This document shows, piece by piece, positions 10,591-21,620 of a stretch of DNA of 35,609 bases. The notes under the pieces are model-generated. The model did not search any database and was not told where the DNA came from. It saw only the letters and a list, made by a program, of their open reading frames with translations. Origin of the DNA: Octopus bimaculoides (Eukaryota). The position numbers and the translations under genes are program-made. The stretch covers positions 74,208,943 through 74,244,551 of the forward strand of contig NC_068990.1 of NCBI RefSeq assembly GCF_001194135.2. Direction: 5' to 3'. Each line of letters opens with the position of its first letter. The first letter of the stretch is position 1.

Positions 10591-11229
10591 AATAAATCCT
10601 CACATGTCATAAAATTAAGATATATAAAGGATGTGACTGAAATATTATGTACCCTTATCATTGATTATAAGATATTATTCTAAGTGATAGACATTATTAG
10701 GTTGATCTGAAAATGACAAACTAGAATTAAAGGCTTCAAATGCAGGTTTATAGAGAAGAAACAATTGGTGATATACACATGTCATGTTGATAACAGATAA
10801 AATGACCTTATGATAAATATATCAAATTGGTTTAGCATAGAAACTAGAGGAAAGATGATAATTTCATGAAAACTTGTCATAAGACAGTTAAGAAAACATT
10901 AAGAAGATTGGAAATGACAGAAAATTGAATATGGGTTAAGACAAGAATAATGAAAATTCAGAAATCATACTTATTGAATATGTACAAGTGCAAAGTAAAA
11001 ACAAACAGTGGAAACTATATCTAATCCAGTGAAACTTGTGCACTTTAACATATCACATCTAATTATTAGACATCTTACATGCCTAGAACATATATTGGAA
11101 TCTGATTACCATTATTGTGTTTGTATCAAATTTTTTCATTTTTTTATACGTTCATTTCCAGCTTTCTTTGTATTGTATCTGAAGACATCCAAAGAAAAAT
11201 GGAAAAAAAAAAGGGGGGGAATCCAATAA

Positions 11230-11360
11230 CAGACAAATCAGCAGGTGACTCCTGGTTTGGAGTTTTACCACATACAGTTACAGAAATAGGATTCCATAAT
11301 ATGTCATCTATTTCACTTTGGCATCTTTGCTTCGGCCAAGTCCAGTGTGGAGTAGATTAA
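11230..11360 (-). pseudogene. Possible decayed non-LTR retrotransposon apurinic-endonuclease fragment
   Basis: Minus frame reads HWTWPKQRCQSEIDDILWNP, loosely resembling the LINE APE motif WTW....EIDYIL. Weak. Confidence 0.2.
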
Positions 11361-11702
11361 TAAATTCTGACTCTTGTCATTCGGACTCTAAGCCCTTTGC
11401 AAATTTACTGCTGGTTTTATTTTTGCATCTGGCATTGGTGAAATATTTACATGTCTTTTCTCTCATACTGTGTGGTGACCAGCATGTCAGAGAATAGGCA
11501 TGTGTGTTGTAAAAGCAACTAAAAGAGGTTCAGGTAGGATTTGCACTTTGACCTCATAAAACCCTCACTTGCAATGACTACACAAGCAGACCCATGGGTT
11601 GGAGGGTTATTGCTGAGTGGCGCAAAGGTGTCATCCACCAGGAGTAGGATATTACCAACAGATAGAGGATGCAGTGATGAACTATTACAGCTCATGCCCT
11701 CA

Positions 11703-11703
<1 letters not shown>

Positions 11704-11784
<81 letters not shown>
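11704..11784. repeat. (ACT)n trinucleotide microsatellite, ~27 units
   Basis: Directly visible; produces the poly-Y and poly-T ORFs. Confidence 0.98.
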
Positions 11785-11785
<1 letters not shown>

Positions 11786-11909
11786 TTAACACTAACACTA
11801 CTACTGCCGCTTGCCTTCATAAAATTTTAGGCAGGTAGATTCTTTGTAAATATTTACAGGAATCTACAGGAATGGTGGATATTAATAGATATTTGATAAT
11901 TATCTTTTC

Positions 11910-12115
11910 AATTTTTGCTTGTTTCAGTCATTGGGCTGTGATCATGCTGGGCCACTATCTTGAAGGGGGTTCAGTAGGACAAATGTACCCCAGTACTAAA
12001 TAAAAAATTTTTTTTTTTTTAATACCTGGTACTTATTCTATCAATCTCCTTTGCGAAACAAGTGCTAAGTTACAAGAATGTAAACAAACTAACAACAGTT
12101 GTTAAATGGTGGTAG
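11910..12115 (-). mobile_element. SINE family B 3' half, degenerate
   Basis: CTTGTTTCAGTCATTGGGCTGTGATCATGCTGG...GTACTTATTCTATC...GCTAAGTTAC. Confidence 0.7.
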
Positions 12116-12120
12116 GAACT

Positions 12121-12543
12121 AGTGGTAAGAAGTTTGCTTCTCAACCACATGCTTTTGGGTTCAGTCCCACTGTGATACCTTAGGCAGGTGTCTTCTACTA
12201 TAGCATTGTGCTGATCAAAGCCTTGTGAGTGGATTTGGTAGATGGAAACTGAAACAAGCTTGCCGTATATGTGTGTGTGCATGAGTATGTGTGTGTATGA
12301 GTGTGTGTGTGTGTGTGTGTGTGTATATCTGTGTGTCTGTGCCTGTGTTTGTCCCCCCACCATCGCTTGACAACCGTGTGTTTATATCTCTGTAACGCAA
12401 AGAACTGATAGAATAAGAACTGATCGAATAAGTACTAGGCATACAAAGAATAAATCCTGAGATTGATTTCTTCAACTAAAAAGAACCCTTTAAGGTGGTG
12501 CTCCAGCATGGCTGTAGTCAAATGACTGAAACAACTAAAAGAG

Positions 12544-12545
<2 letters not shown>
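12121..12545 (+). mobile_element. SINE family B, near full length, with internal (GT)n
   Basis: tRNA-like head GTGGTAAGAAG...GGGTTCAGTCCCAC, body AAAGCCTTGTGAGTGGATTTGGTAGATGGAAACTGAAA, tail CAAATGACTGAAACAACTAAAAGAG. Confidence 0.9.
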
Positions 12546-12574
<29 letters not shown>

Positions 12575-12575
<1 letters not shown>

Positions 12576-12740
12576 TGACAGGCTTTTTTCACTTTCCAGC
12601 AACAAAATTCACTCACAAGGCTTTGGTCAGCCTGGGATTTTAGTGGATGATACTTCCCCAAGGTGTTGCACATTAAGACTGAACCCAAGATCAGATGATT
12701 GGGAAGCAAGCTTCTTAACCACACAGCTACGCCTGCACCT
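12575..12740 (-). mobile_element. SINE family B 5' half
   Basis: TTCACTCACAAGGCTTTGG...GACTGAACCC...TTAACCACACAGCTACGCCTGCACC. Confidence 0.8.
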
Positions 12741-12757
12741 ATTTCTAATTTTAACAC

Positions 12758-13215
12758 TTCTCTCTCTCTCTCTCTCTCCTTCTCTCTTTCTCTCTCTCTC
12801 TTTCTCTCTCTCTCTCCTTCTCTCTTTCTCTCTCTCTTTCTTTCTATCTCTGTCTTTTTCTCTCCTCCCACCTCTCTTTTTTCCCATTTCCTCTCCTTTT
12901 ATTGTTCTGTCTCTTTTACTCTCTCTCTGATATAATTTGAACAACTTCACCACCATCACCATCCTCCTCTTCCTCCCCTCTTCCTCCTCTCTTCCTCCCC
13001 TCTTCCTCCTCTCTTCCTCCCCTATTCCTCCTCTCTTCCTCCTCCTCTTCTTCCTCCTCCACTTCATCCTCTCCCTCTTCTTCTTCCTCCTCTTCCTCCT
13101 CCTCCACTTCCTCCTCTCCCTCTCCTTCTTCCTCCTCCACTTCCTCCTCCTCCTCCTCCTCCTCCGCCACCACCACCACCTCCACTTCCTTCTCCGCCTT
13201 CTCTTCTTCTTCGTC
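12758..13215. repeat. Polypyrimidine/polypurine low-complexity tract ((CT)n, (CCT)n, (CTT)n)
   Basis: Directly visible; source of the poly-E, R/K and L/S ORFs. Confidence 0.95.
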
Positions 13216-13305
13216 ATCATCATCATCATCACCATCATTATCATTGTTGTTATTGGCCATCATTTCTATACCTGCTTTTCCATGCTAGCATGGGTTGGAT
13301 GAGGC
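13215..13305 (-). mobile_element. Family R short tail
   Basis: (CAT)n...CTGCTTTTCCATGCTAGCATGGGTTGGATG. Confidence 0.7.
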
Positions 13306-13507
13306 TTCTTAAGACAATATGTTTGTGGCCATTTATCTTTCCTTGTAGCAACCCTTACTTACTTACAAGGAAAGCACTTTATTCAGCTGGTCTTCACATG
13401 ATAATCCACTGAGCTACGGGACCCATTGTCTTATGTCAGACAAAAAACAAGTCCTCATGTTACATAACCTTTCCTGTGTCTTAAATCTTCTTTGTAATTG
13501 TTAATGT

Positions 13508-14010
13508 AAATGAAGGCACATGGCTTAGCGGTTAGGGGTATTTGGCTCACAATTGTAAGGTCATGAGTTCGATTTCCAGCAGTGCATTGAGTCCTTGAGC
13601 AAGACATTTTATTTCATATTGTTCCAGTCTGCTCAGCCGGCGAACATAAGTAGTACTTGTATTTCAAGCAGCCAACCTTGTCACATTCTATGTCATGCTT
13701 AATCTCCCTGAAAACCACGTTAATCTTTTAGCATTCAGATTTCTCTGTCAAATGGAATGCTTATTTATTCATATTGATATGAACTAGTCATGCATTACCT
13801 TATAGCTTCAAGATTTTATGGATGTCATTATTTTTAGAATAATATTGTAGGGTAAGTGTGGGAGGCCAGATCTGGCCAGTGTAAATGTTACACAGTTAAG
13901 AGTTCACGTATCTGTGGAGTACTCAGCCACTTGCCTGTTAATTTCACAAGCAAGCTGTTCTGTTGATCAGATCAACTGGAGCACTCGTCATGATAACTAA
14001 TGGAATGCTA
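13508..14010 (+). mobile_element. tRNA-derived SINE family C, split by a MITE at 13720-13899
   Basis: Head GGCACATGGCTTAGCGGTTAGGG...GAGTTCGATTTCC; 3' part TGTGGAGTACTCAGCCACTTG...GATCAGATCAACTGGA matches the intact copy at 34739-35118. Confidence 0.85.
13720..13899 (+). mobile_element. piggyBac-type MITE (family M2) with TTAA at both ends
   Basis: TTAA-TCTTTTAGCATTCAGAT...CAG-TTAA; related copies at 16543-16712, 19390-19477 and 21418-21620. Confidence 0.7.
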
Positions 14011-14535
14011 GTTAATTGTCATTATCCATTGAATGGGTCTCTTACAAAATCACCTTATTCCACATATAATTACAATTAGTATTATGTTACTGTCACATCT
14101 TTAAGATTTAAAACAGTAGTAAGACACTAAAAAATGTTTACATTCATTTGTATATTCATCGATTCATTCAGCTTTACATCTTATTATTCACCGCATTAAA
14201 ATTATGTAATCCAATTTTGTAATTGCATTTAATTACCTTTATCACCCAACTTAAATCATAATTAACCACTTGAAATCAATTTGGAGATATGAACATTTTC
14301 TCATTTAACTATTATGATCACAGTCCATGATAATAAGTTAACAGACTCTTACTAAGAAAATTATGCAAGACAATATTTTTTTAAAAAGCAAAGAGAGAGA
14401 GAAAAGAAAGAAACAAATATAGAAAACAATTTCTATTGAATAATGAGCTGTTAAATTATGACTACCAAAAATTGTAAAATTTAAAGATAACACTCACACA
14501 CACACATGCATGCACACACACATATGGATGTGAGT

Positions 14536-14579
<44 letters not shown>

Positions 14580-14585
14580 ATATAT

Positions 14586-14780
14586 TATCATCATCGTCGT
14601 TTAACGTTCACTTTCCATGCTGGTATGAGTTGGACGGTTTGACTGAGGACTGGCGAGCCAGAAGGTTGCACCAGGCACTCCAATCTGATCTGGCAAAGTT
14701 TCTACAGCTGGATGCCCTTCATAACGCCAACCACTTCAAGAGTGTAGTGGGTGCTTTAACGGGCCACTGGCACGAGAGCC
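14586..14780 (-). mobile_element. Family R copy
   Basis: (CAT)n GTTTAACG...CTACAGCTGGATGCCCTTC...GAGTGTAGTGGGTGCTTT. Confidence 0.85.
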
Positions 14781-14936
14781 ATGCGATAATGCATGAATAA
14801 TTCAAGGCAATTCAAATAAATAAGCATTATGTTTAACAGAATAATAATCAGAATGCATAAAGAGTTAAAACTCACCCTACAACCAACTTTATGGCATTCA
14901 ACTGTAGCAGTTTTAACCAACCTCTCAAATAAGTTC

Positions 14937-15335
14937 ACTACTTTAAATTGTGACATTTAGACCCTCCCTTTACAATTTTCACTTACTGCCTTATACAGTG
15001 GAATTTAGATTATTGCTCTAACAACTTCACTATCACATTTTGTGAAATTTAGAGTACCATACCATAATAACATTATACTTTTCATTGTGAATCTAACTGC
15101 CACTGTCCCAGCTTTACTATATCTTATTTTGTGGCATTTAGATCACTGATCAACCAGTTTTTCTGCCTTATATTTTGACATTTTAACTACCATTCTACCA
15201 TTTTGCATGCTACTTTGCACTGTGACACTTTAACCATCATGCTATAAATGAACTGCCTTATATTGTATTACTTAGAACACCATTCTAACTTCACTACTTT
15301 ACGTTGCGGAAATAAGACTATTATTCTACCACTCC
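14937..15335. repeat. Degenerate ~44-bp minisatellite, ~9 units
   Basis: Approximate unit CTGCCTTATATTGTGGCATTTAGACCACCATTCTAACAACTTCA, recurring at 41-48 bp spacing. Confidence 0.7.
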
Positions 15336-15339
15336 CTAA

Positions 15340-15572
15340 GGTGGCGAGCTGGCAGAAACATTAGTGCACCGGGTGAAATGCCTAGTGGCATTTCGTCTGC
15401 CGTTATGTTCTGAGTTCAAATTCCGCCAAGGTCGACTTTGCCTTTCATTCTTTCGTGGTCGATAAATTAAGTACCAGTTACACTCTGGGGTCGATGTAAT
15501 CAACTTAATCCCTTTGTCTGTCCTTGTTTGTCCCCTCTATGTTTAGCCCCTTGTGGGCAATAAAGAAATAAG
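15340..15572 (+). mobile_element. SINE family A, full length
   Basis: GGTGGCGAGCTGGCAGAAAC...GTCGACTTTGCCTTTCATTCTTTCGTGGTCGATAAATTAAGTACC...GGGCAATAAAGAAATAAG. Confidence 0.9.
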
Positions 15573-15644
15573 GAACATTAGCACAATGTGGTCGGGAAGC
15601 AAGCTTCTTAGCATATGGCCATGCCTGCGCCCATGATATATTCT

Positions 15645-16338
15645 TTTACTTGTTTCAGTCATTTGACTGTTGCCATACTGGAGCACCACCTTTAGTCGAG
15701 CAAATTGACCCCAGGACTTATTCTTTATAAGCCTAGTACTTATTCTATCAGTCTCTTTTGCTGAAGTGCTAAGTTATGGGGACATAAACACAACAGCACT
15801 GGTTGTCAAGCGATGTTGGGGGACAAACACAGACACACATACACACATACATATATATGTGTGTATATATATCATCATCATCATCATCATCGTTTAACGT
15901 CCGCTTTCCATGCTAGCATAGGTTGGACGATTTGACTGAGGCCTGGTGGACCAGGAGGCGACACCAGGCTCCAATCTGATTTGGCAGAGTTTCTACAGCT
16001 GGATGCCCTTCCTACGCCAACCACTCCGAGAGTGTAGTGGGNNNNNNNNNNNNNNNNNNNNNNNNNNNNNNNNNNNNNNNNNNNNNNNNNNNNNNNNNNN
16101 NNNNNNNNNNNNNNNNNNNNNNNNNNNNNNNNNNNNNNNNNNNNNNNNNNNNNNNNNNNNNNNNNNNNNNNNNNNNNNNNNNNNNNNNNNNNNNNNNNNN
16201 NNNNNNNNNNNNNNNNNNNNNNNNNNNNNNNNNNNNNNNNNNNNNNNNNNNNNNNNNNNNNNNNNNNNNNNNNNNNNNNNNNNNNNNNNNNNNNNNNNNN
16301 NNNNNNNNNNNNNNNNNNNNNNNNNNNNNNNNNNNNNN

Positions 16339-16404
<66 letters not shown>

Positions 16405-16542
16405 CCACACACACAACGGGGTTCTTTCAGTTTCTCTCCACCGAATCCACTCTCAAGGCTTTGGTTGGCCTGAGGCTATAGTGGAAGACACTCGCTCACA
16501 GTACCATGCAGTGGGAGTGAACCCGGAACCATGTGGTTGGTA
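15645..16542 (-). mobile_element. SINE family B carrying a family R insertion (15872-16041, running into the gap) in its internal microsatellite
   Basis: B tail at 15645-15870, R tail starting at (CAT)n 15872, gap, then B head at 16416-16542. Confidence 0.8.
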
Positions 16543-16712
16543 ATTCATATTCTTTTGAAATGATCATATGTTATCTCATAGATTCAGGATGTTGATGATG
16601 TGATTGTTTATTTTTAGGATCACATTGTAAGGTATGTGTGAGAGACAGGATCTGATTGGTTTGAACATAAAACAATATTTTTACTGGATATGGCCGGTTT
16701 AAATAGTAAACT
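16543..16712 (+). mobile_element. MITE family M2, 5'-truncated
   Basis: GATGATGTGATTGTTTATTTTTAGG...GGTTTGAACATAAAACA...GGATATGGCCGGTTTAAAT. Confidence 0.7.
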
Positions 16713-16719
16713 GGCAGTC

Positions 16720-16913
16720 TACCTACTGTTGAAGCATTTAGATACCCACTCTCTTCACTTCACTGCCTTAAATTGTGGCACTTAGACCACCACTCTACTA
16801 ATGTGACTGCTTTATATTTTGATATTTAAGCAACTACTCTAACAACTTCACTGCCTTACACTGTGACATCATTTAACCTGCCAGTCTATCAAATTCACTG
16901 CCTTATATTCCAT
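16720..16913. repeat. ~44-bp minisatellite, second array (~4-5 units)
   Basis: Same unit as 14937-15335, e.g. CTGCCTTAAATTGTGGCACTTAGACCACCACTCTAC. Confidence 0.7.
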
Positions 16914-17534
16914 CAATATAAGAAATCAATATTTGAAAGCTAAATTTATTTGAATTTTAAATAACTTAAATAATCAATGAATCAATCAATCAACCAATTA
17001 ATTGGTTAATTACATTACACCGATAAAAAAAAAAACTACATCACACTAAAATTTACAGAAATTTGCTCATGCTGCACTTATCATTATCATCATCATCATC
17101 GCCGTCGTCATCGTTGTCGTAGTTACCATCATCGTCATCGTCATCATTATCATCATCATGTTCACTATCATTTCAATCACTGACACTATTACAACAGCAA
17201 TAGCAATTATTATAATCACTGACATTATAATTTTTTTAATCTTTTTTTTTCTTTTTTTTCTGATGACTTTTTTTTTTTTTTAAACAATTTTGTTATGCAA
17301 ACATGTTGATGTAATTCATCTCACTGTTTTGTTGTTTGCATCCATGAGGCCTCGGCAATCTGGTATCTGAGATCTGACAACATCACTTCACCACCACCAA
17401 AAATATTTAATACAAATAACTATTTAATACAAAAATATTTAAAGAGGAAATAACACATCAAAATAGTGTTGACTATTACCATAGAAATCACAATCCAAAA
17501 TATTTATAAGTGATTTTAGAATTATTTTTCTTGT

Positions 17535-17650
17535 TGAGAGTGTTGGACAAAATACTTTGTAATATTTAGCTATACCTCATCACATTTTGAGTTTAAATCC
17601 TGCTGGGGTCAAATTTGTCTTTTCATCCTTGTGGAGCTGAGAAAATATAT
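17535..17650 (+). mobile_element. SINE family A, old and degenerate
   Basis: TTGGACAAAATAC...TTTTGAGTTTAAATCCTGCTGGGGTCAAATTTGTCTTTTCATCC. Confidence 0.55.
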
Positions 17651-18329
17651 TACTACTAGTTAGAAACTCTCAAGAGAACTAAACAGTAGAAGCTTATCAG
17701 AGAGGAAACCTTACTCAGGTGAGGGTTTTGGTCCTTAACTTCTTACACTTTCAGGGGTCTGGGTTACATCTAGGTCATGACTGCTGGATGCCCATCTGCT
17801 GACACATTTTCGCTACTTGGATATCCATCCCTATTCCTAACTTTGCTTTGATCTGAGGTGGTAGTACCCATGAAGGGCTCCAGTTATTAATCGATTAGGA
17901 GAAGATGGTCCTATAGTTACGGTAGAGAGGACTTGAAGGAAGGGTGTGTCCTAGACATATGTCTAGACATGCTGGGCCCTAGGCATGCGTTTGGCTCACC
18001 AGAGTGTGGACATGCCTAAGGACTAATTAGGCTCTGTGCCCCAAAAATAAGCTGAGGAAAGTAGGAGACTAGTTGAATAAATGGTAGATAAATCTGAAGA
18101 AGGCATCAGTAAACCACTACTGTGTCTTTCTTAATCATTCTTAATCATTCAGGCTTTCACAAGGAGTCCCATGATTGCCAATGCCTATAGTTACAAGGAG
18201 AGAAGGAGAGAATAAGGAAGAAAGGAAAAGGAAGGAGAGGAAAGGAAAGAAAGAAAGAAAGAAAGAGACGGAAGTAATATAGCTAAATACTGTGACCAAT
18301 GCCAATCTACAACACTGAACTGGTACTAT

Positions 18330-18440
18330 ATTTTATTGACCCCCACCCCCACCCCCGAAGGCAAAGTTGATGTAAGTAAGATTTGAACACAGAATATACA
18401 GAGCTGTACAAATATTCCAAAGCAATATGTTCCATGTTCT
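18330..18440 (-). mobile_element. SINE family A, old and degenerate
   Basis: ATTGACCCC...GAAGGCAAAGTTGA...ATTTGAACACAGAA. Confidence 0.5.
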
Positions 18441-18835
18441 AATGATTCAGCCAATCCATAATTATAATCATGCTTAGTGTAATACTGAGATGAAAGATCT
18501 GCAAATTGTACTTTTTTAACTGGTAACACTTATCAACTGGCTCAGTCTACACAGATATTAGCAGGTACATTATAAGTGCAGCCCACTGTGGGAAGATGTT
18601 CTATTAACTGAGTGAACTCCATCTTATGATTTAACCTTGTTTAATGTTTATGCATGAAATTTCTACTGAATGATAATGATGATGATAATTCGTTAGTTGA
18701 AAGAATCGTTATTGATGATGTTTAACCCTACGTAAGCCCTAATTGAGTAGGTCTTCAAAGCCATTCCATTCATGACCATTCCACAGTTTTATGTATCAGT
18801 AACCACATTGTTCACTACATCCTTCCTTTTTTCAG

Positions 18836-19083
18836 ATTGTGAGGATGTAAATATATGGATATTTGGTTATTTCCAACAGATCAAGTTACCTCATTGGCCC
18901 ATTGATCAGTTGAGTTTTAGGATGATGGATCAACTCCTTGGCTTAATCAATGTCACTTTCGTTATTCCTTATGTCTTGAGATTTCTGGCCAAACTGTGTA
19001 TCAGTGGCCTACAAAATGATATAAATATTTGTTACACTAACTGGAACCTATCATGTAACATAATTCCAAACACCATTAATTAG
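18836..19083 (+). CDS. Candidate exon within ORF 18772-19083 (DCEDVNIWIFGYFQQIKLPHWPIDQLSFRMMDQLLGL...); donor unresolved
   Basis: Strong acceptor CCTTCCTTTTTTCAG| at 18835 and a second acceptor TTATTTCCAACAG| nearby; 103-codon non-repetitive ORF; no recognised homology. Confidence 0.25.
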
Positions 19084-19159
19084 ATATAATTCTAATGATC
19101 ATTTAATAGTATTATTTATTATTTCATGCTTGCTTTTTAAATTAGTTTAGTACTAGCAT

Positions 19160-19250
19160 GTAGGCATGGAATGACCAAATAATTAAAGACCTTGTGGTTT
19201 GCAACCATAAGGTCTTAGGTTCAATGTCACATCATGGCATCTTGGACAAA
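19160..19250 (+). mobile_element. SINE family B head, truncated at a fold-back junction
   Basis: GTAGGCATGG...CAACCATAAGGTCTTAGGTTCAATGTCAC...CATGGCATCTTGGACAAA. Confidence 0.6.
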
Positions 19251-19258
19251 TTTCCAAG

Positions 19259-19477
19259 ATGCCATGAAACGGTATAACACATAGCTAATGAATGAAAGTG
19301 GGAAGATGGAAACTGTGTAGAAGCACATTGAGTAGATTGTTCATGTAATTTCTGAACAAGACAGACACTGATTCTGTCTTAGAATTACATTAACCCTTTA
19401 ATGTTCAGATCATTCTGTCAAATATAATGCCTATTTATTCATATTATTTTGAATTAATCATGCATTATCTTGTAGAT
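19259..19477 (+). repeat. Local inverted duplicate of 21543-21749
   Basis: Manual alignment gives ~6 substitutions and 2 indels over ~207 bp, spanning a composite SINE-like/unique/MITE junction. Confidence 0.95.
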
Positions 19478-20058
19478 AATGCATGTTTGTCAACCAGAAG
19501 AATGCTAAAGACAAGTACTTCACCAACAACATTTTAGGGTAAACTTGTGTTCTGAGGGTGCTACTTTATCCATCTCCAAATGCAAGTGTCAAATGTTCAT
19601 CAGATAGTGAAGCAGCTTCATAAGTGTTTTGGCCCCTTCCACCACAACACCAAAGTGGCCTGGGAACACCCACCAGAGTAGATGACAAAACTCTCACACA
19701 ATAGCATGAGCTTCATTGAGTCAATTATTGCAACTCTGGGCCAGATGTTTCTACCATCCTCAATGCTCATTCCTTCTACACCACTCACCCTCTCTCTTGA
19801 GCTAGATATAATGGTCTGTTTTCTAAGCTACACACCACACTTTTTGCTATATATTAATTTACTCAATATCTACAGCCAAGTTATATGAATATATGGTATA
19901 TATTTATACCATTTAAATAATAACAACAATAAAATTACCTAATGATCTGAAATATTCTACTGATAATAATATTCTTCATTTAAAACTTTGCAAAATATTA
20001 ATCCTTTCTGTGCAGTTGTTTGGCATAGAATTTTTAAAGAAAGATTTATTTATTTCAG

Positions 20059-20188
20059 GTCTTAGACATCCAACTCAGAGAAACGTCTCTAAAAATTCGT
20101 TATTCACTTATTTATGCTTGTTCATGCAGAAAAGACTTATCCAATATGACAAAAGTGGACAGGCTTAAGAGAAGCTTAAATAGTGAAA
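20059..20188 (+). CDS. Candidate exon, phase 0->1 (VLDIQLRETSLKIRYSLIYACSCRKDLSNMTKVDRLKRSLNSE)
   Basis: Acceptor TTTATTTATTTCAG|G; weak donors at 20183 or 20189. Confidence 0.25.
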
Positions 20189-21417
20189 GTACTTATCTTG
20201 CAATATACTGTGCTATACTGTGGTTTTAATATGATTTCTGTTGACAGAAATGCTGAAGTTAGTGAATTGATGTAAATGTATTTACATGATATCCTTCTTA
20301 AAAATATCTAATTCACTTTATATATAAAACTTGGTTGGAAATAAAGTTTTAGTGGGCTGAATATTACTACAATTGTAATAAATTCATATATTTATTTATA
20401 TATTTATGTATTTATTTATTTCATATTAGAAATATGAAAATACTGACAAGTGCATCTATTCTGTATCTTGTCTTCACTTTAGATTGAGATGAAAATTACC
20501 GAAATTGTCTTCTCTTAAATGGACATTTTTCAATTTCAAAAGCTATTGGATGTAATCTTTAATCTAATAAATATGCCAGGCCTAACAATTTCAGTCATGT
20601 AATTTTTTCCTCTTAATGTGTAGTTCAGCTGGTGCACATATAAATCTATGTCTCCTTAATGATATGTGCTCTTTATTCATTGTAAATTACTGTCAGAAGG
20701 GGACAATAGCTGTTCCAGAAAATGGTACTTTCATATGAATATATGAAAAATTAAAAACGAGACACAGCAAACACACACCCACATACCATAGAGAGCAAAT
20801 AATAATAAAATAAAAATTTAAATAAAAAACATAAATAAATAAACGCAATCACTCTCATGCCGTATTTAATTTGCATTTTTCTTCCTGAAATTGATTTAAA
20901 GCAAGGAGGGTGTGAGTCAGAATAATCTATGTTTGTTCTCTGAAGTTAACTCCTACTTAAACTTATTTTATTAATGCATATGTCATTATGCACATAGATT
21001 TGTTTATATTAGCTGAATCTTCATTATAGAAATACTTTGTTTTGAAACTAACCAGCAACCTTACAATAAACTGAGACTCAGTTAATTTACTAGTTGCTCC
21101 GTGCATTGCAAAAAACAAGATATTTGTATATTATTCTGCAAGTTTGTATCTCTATAATGAGGTTTATTATTGTTTTTCAATAAAGTATGAACGATAATAT
21201 ATAACAGCAGAACTGATTTATATTTCATATAACGTATGTGCAAAAATAGATCTGCTCATTGAGAAGATTGGATGTGATTGCTTAGAATGGAAAAAAACCA
21301 AAATACAGATGAGAGTAATATTGGTGAATCTCTGTTATTTAACAATGGAGATTCAGGTCTTTAATCAGCTGAATTATCTGCTCTTGAATTAATGTGTAAA
21401 TGATCGAAAATCCTCAT

Positions 21418-21620
21418 TTAATCTGGCTATATCCGGCCCAAATATTCTATCTGTTTTATGCTCAAACTAGCCAGATCCAGCATTACACACCAACCCACCA
21501 ATGTCCTTCTAAAATTAAACAATCACATCATTGAAATTTCAAATCTACAAGATAATGCATGATTAATTCAAAATAATAAGCATTACATTTGACAGAATGA
21601 TCTGAACACTAAAGGGTTAA
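21418..21620 (-). mobile_element. MITE family M2
   Basis: Ends CTGAACACTAAAGGG-TTAA; reverse complement of the 13720 family. Confidence 0.75.

Noticed and set aside
12627-13302. Poly-Glu and Arg/Lys-rich ORFs resembling acidic or protamine-like proteins
   Set aside because: They come from the (CCT/CTT)n tract and are open on both strands in several frames, with no splice or domain support.
14937-16913. CRISPR-like regularly spaced repeats
   Set aside because: Units are degenerate along their whole length with no conserved repeat plus unique spacer, there are no cas genes, and the context is eukaryotic.
17951-17990. Cloning-vector polylinker (NdeI, XbaI, ApaI, AvrII, SphI sites)
   Set aside because: Flanks are continuous native-looking sequence with no vector backbone; kept only as a palindrome cluster.
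19486-19805. Coding-like segment after the right fold-back junction
   Set aside because: All frames are broken and no motif is recognisable; probably an old repeat fragment that I cannot assign.
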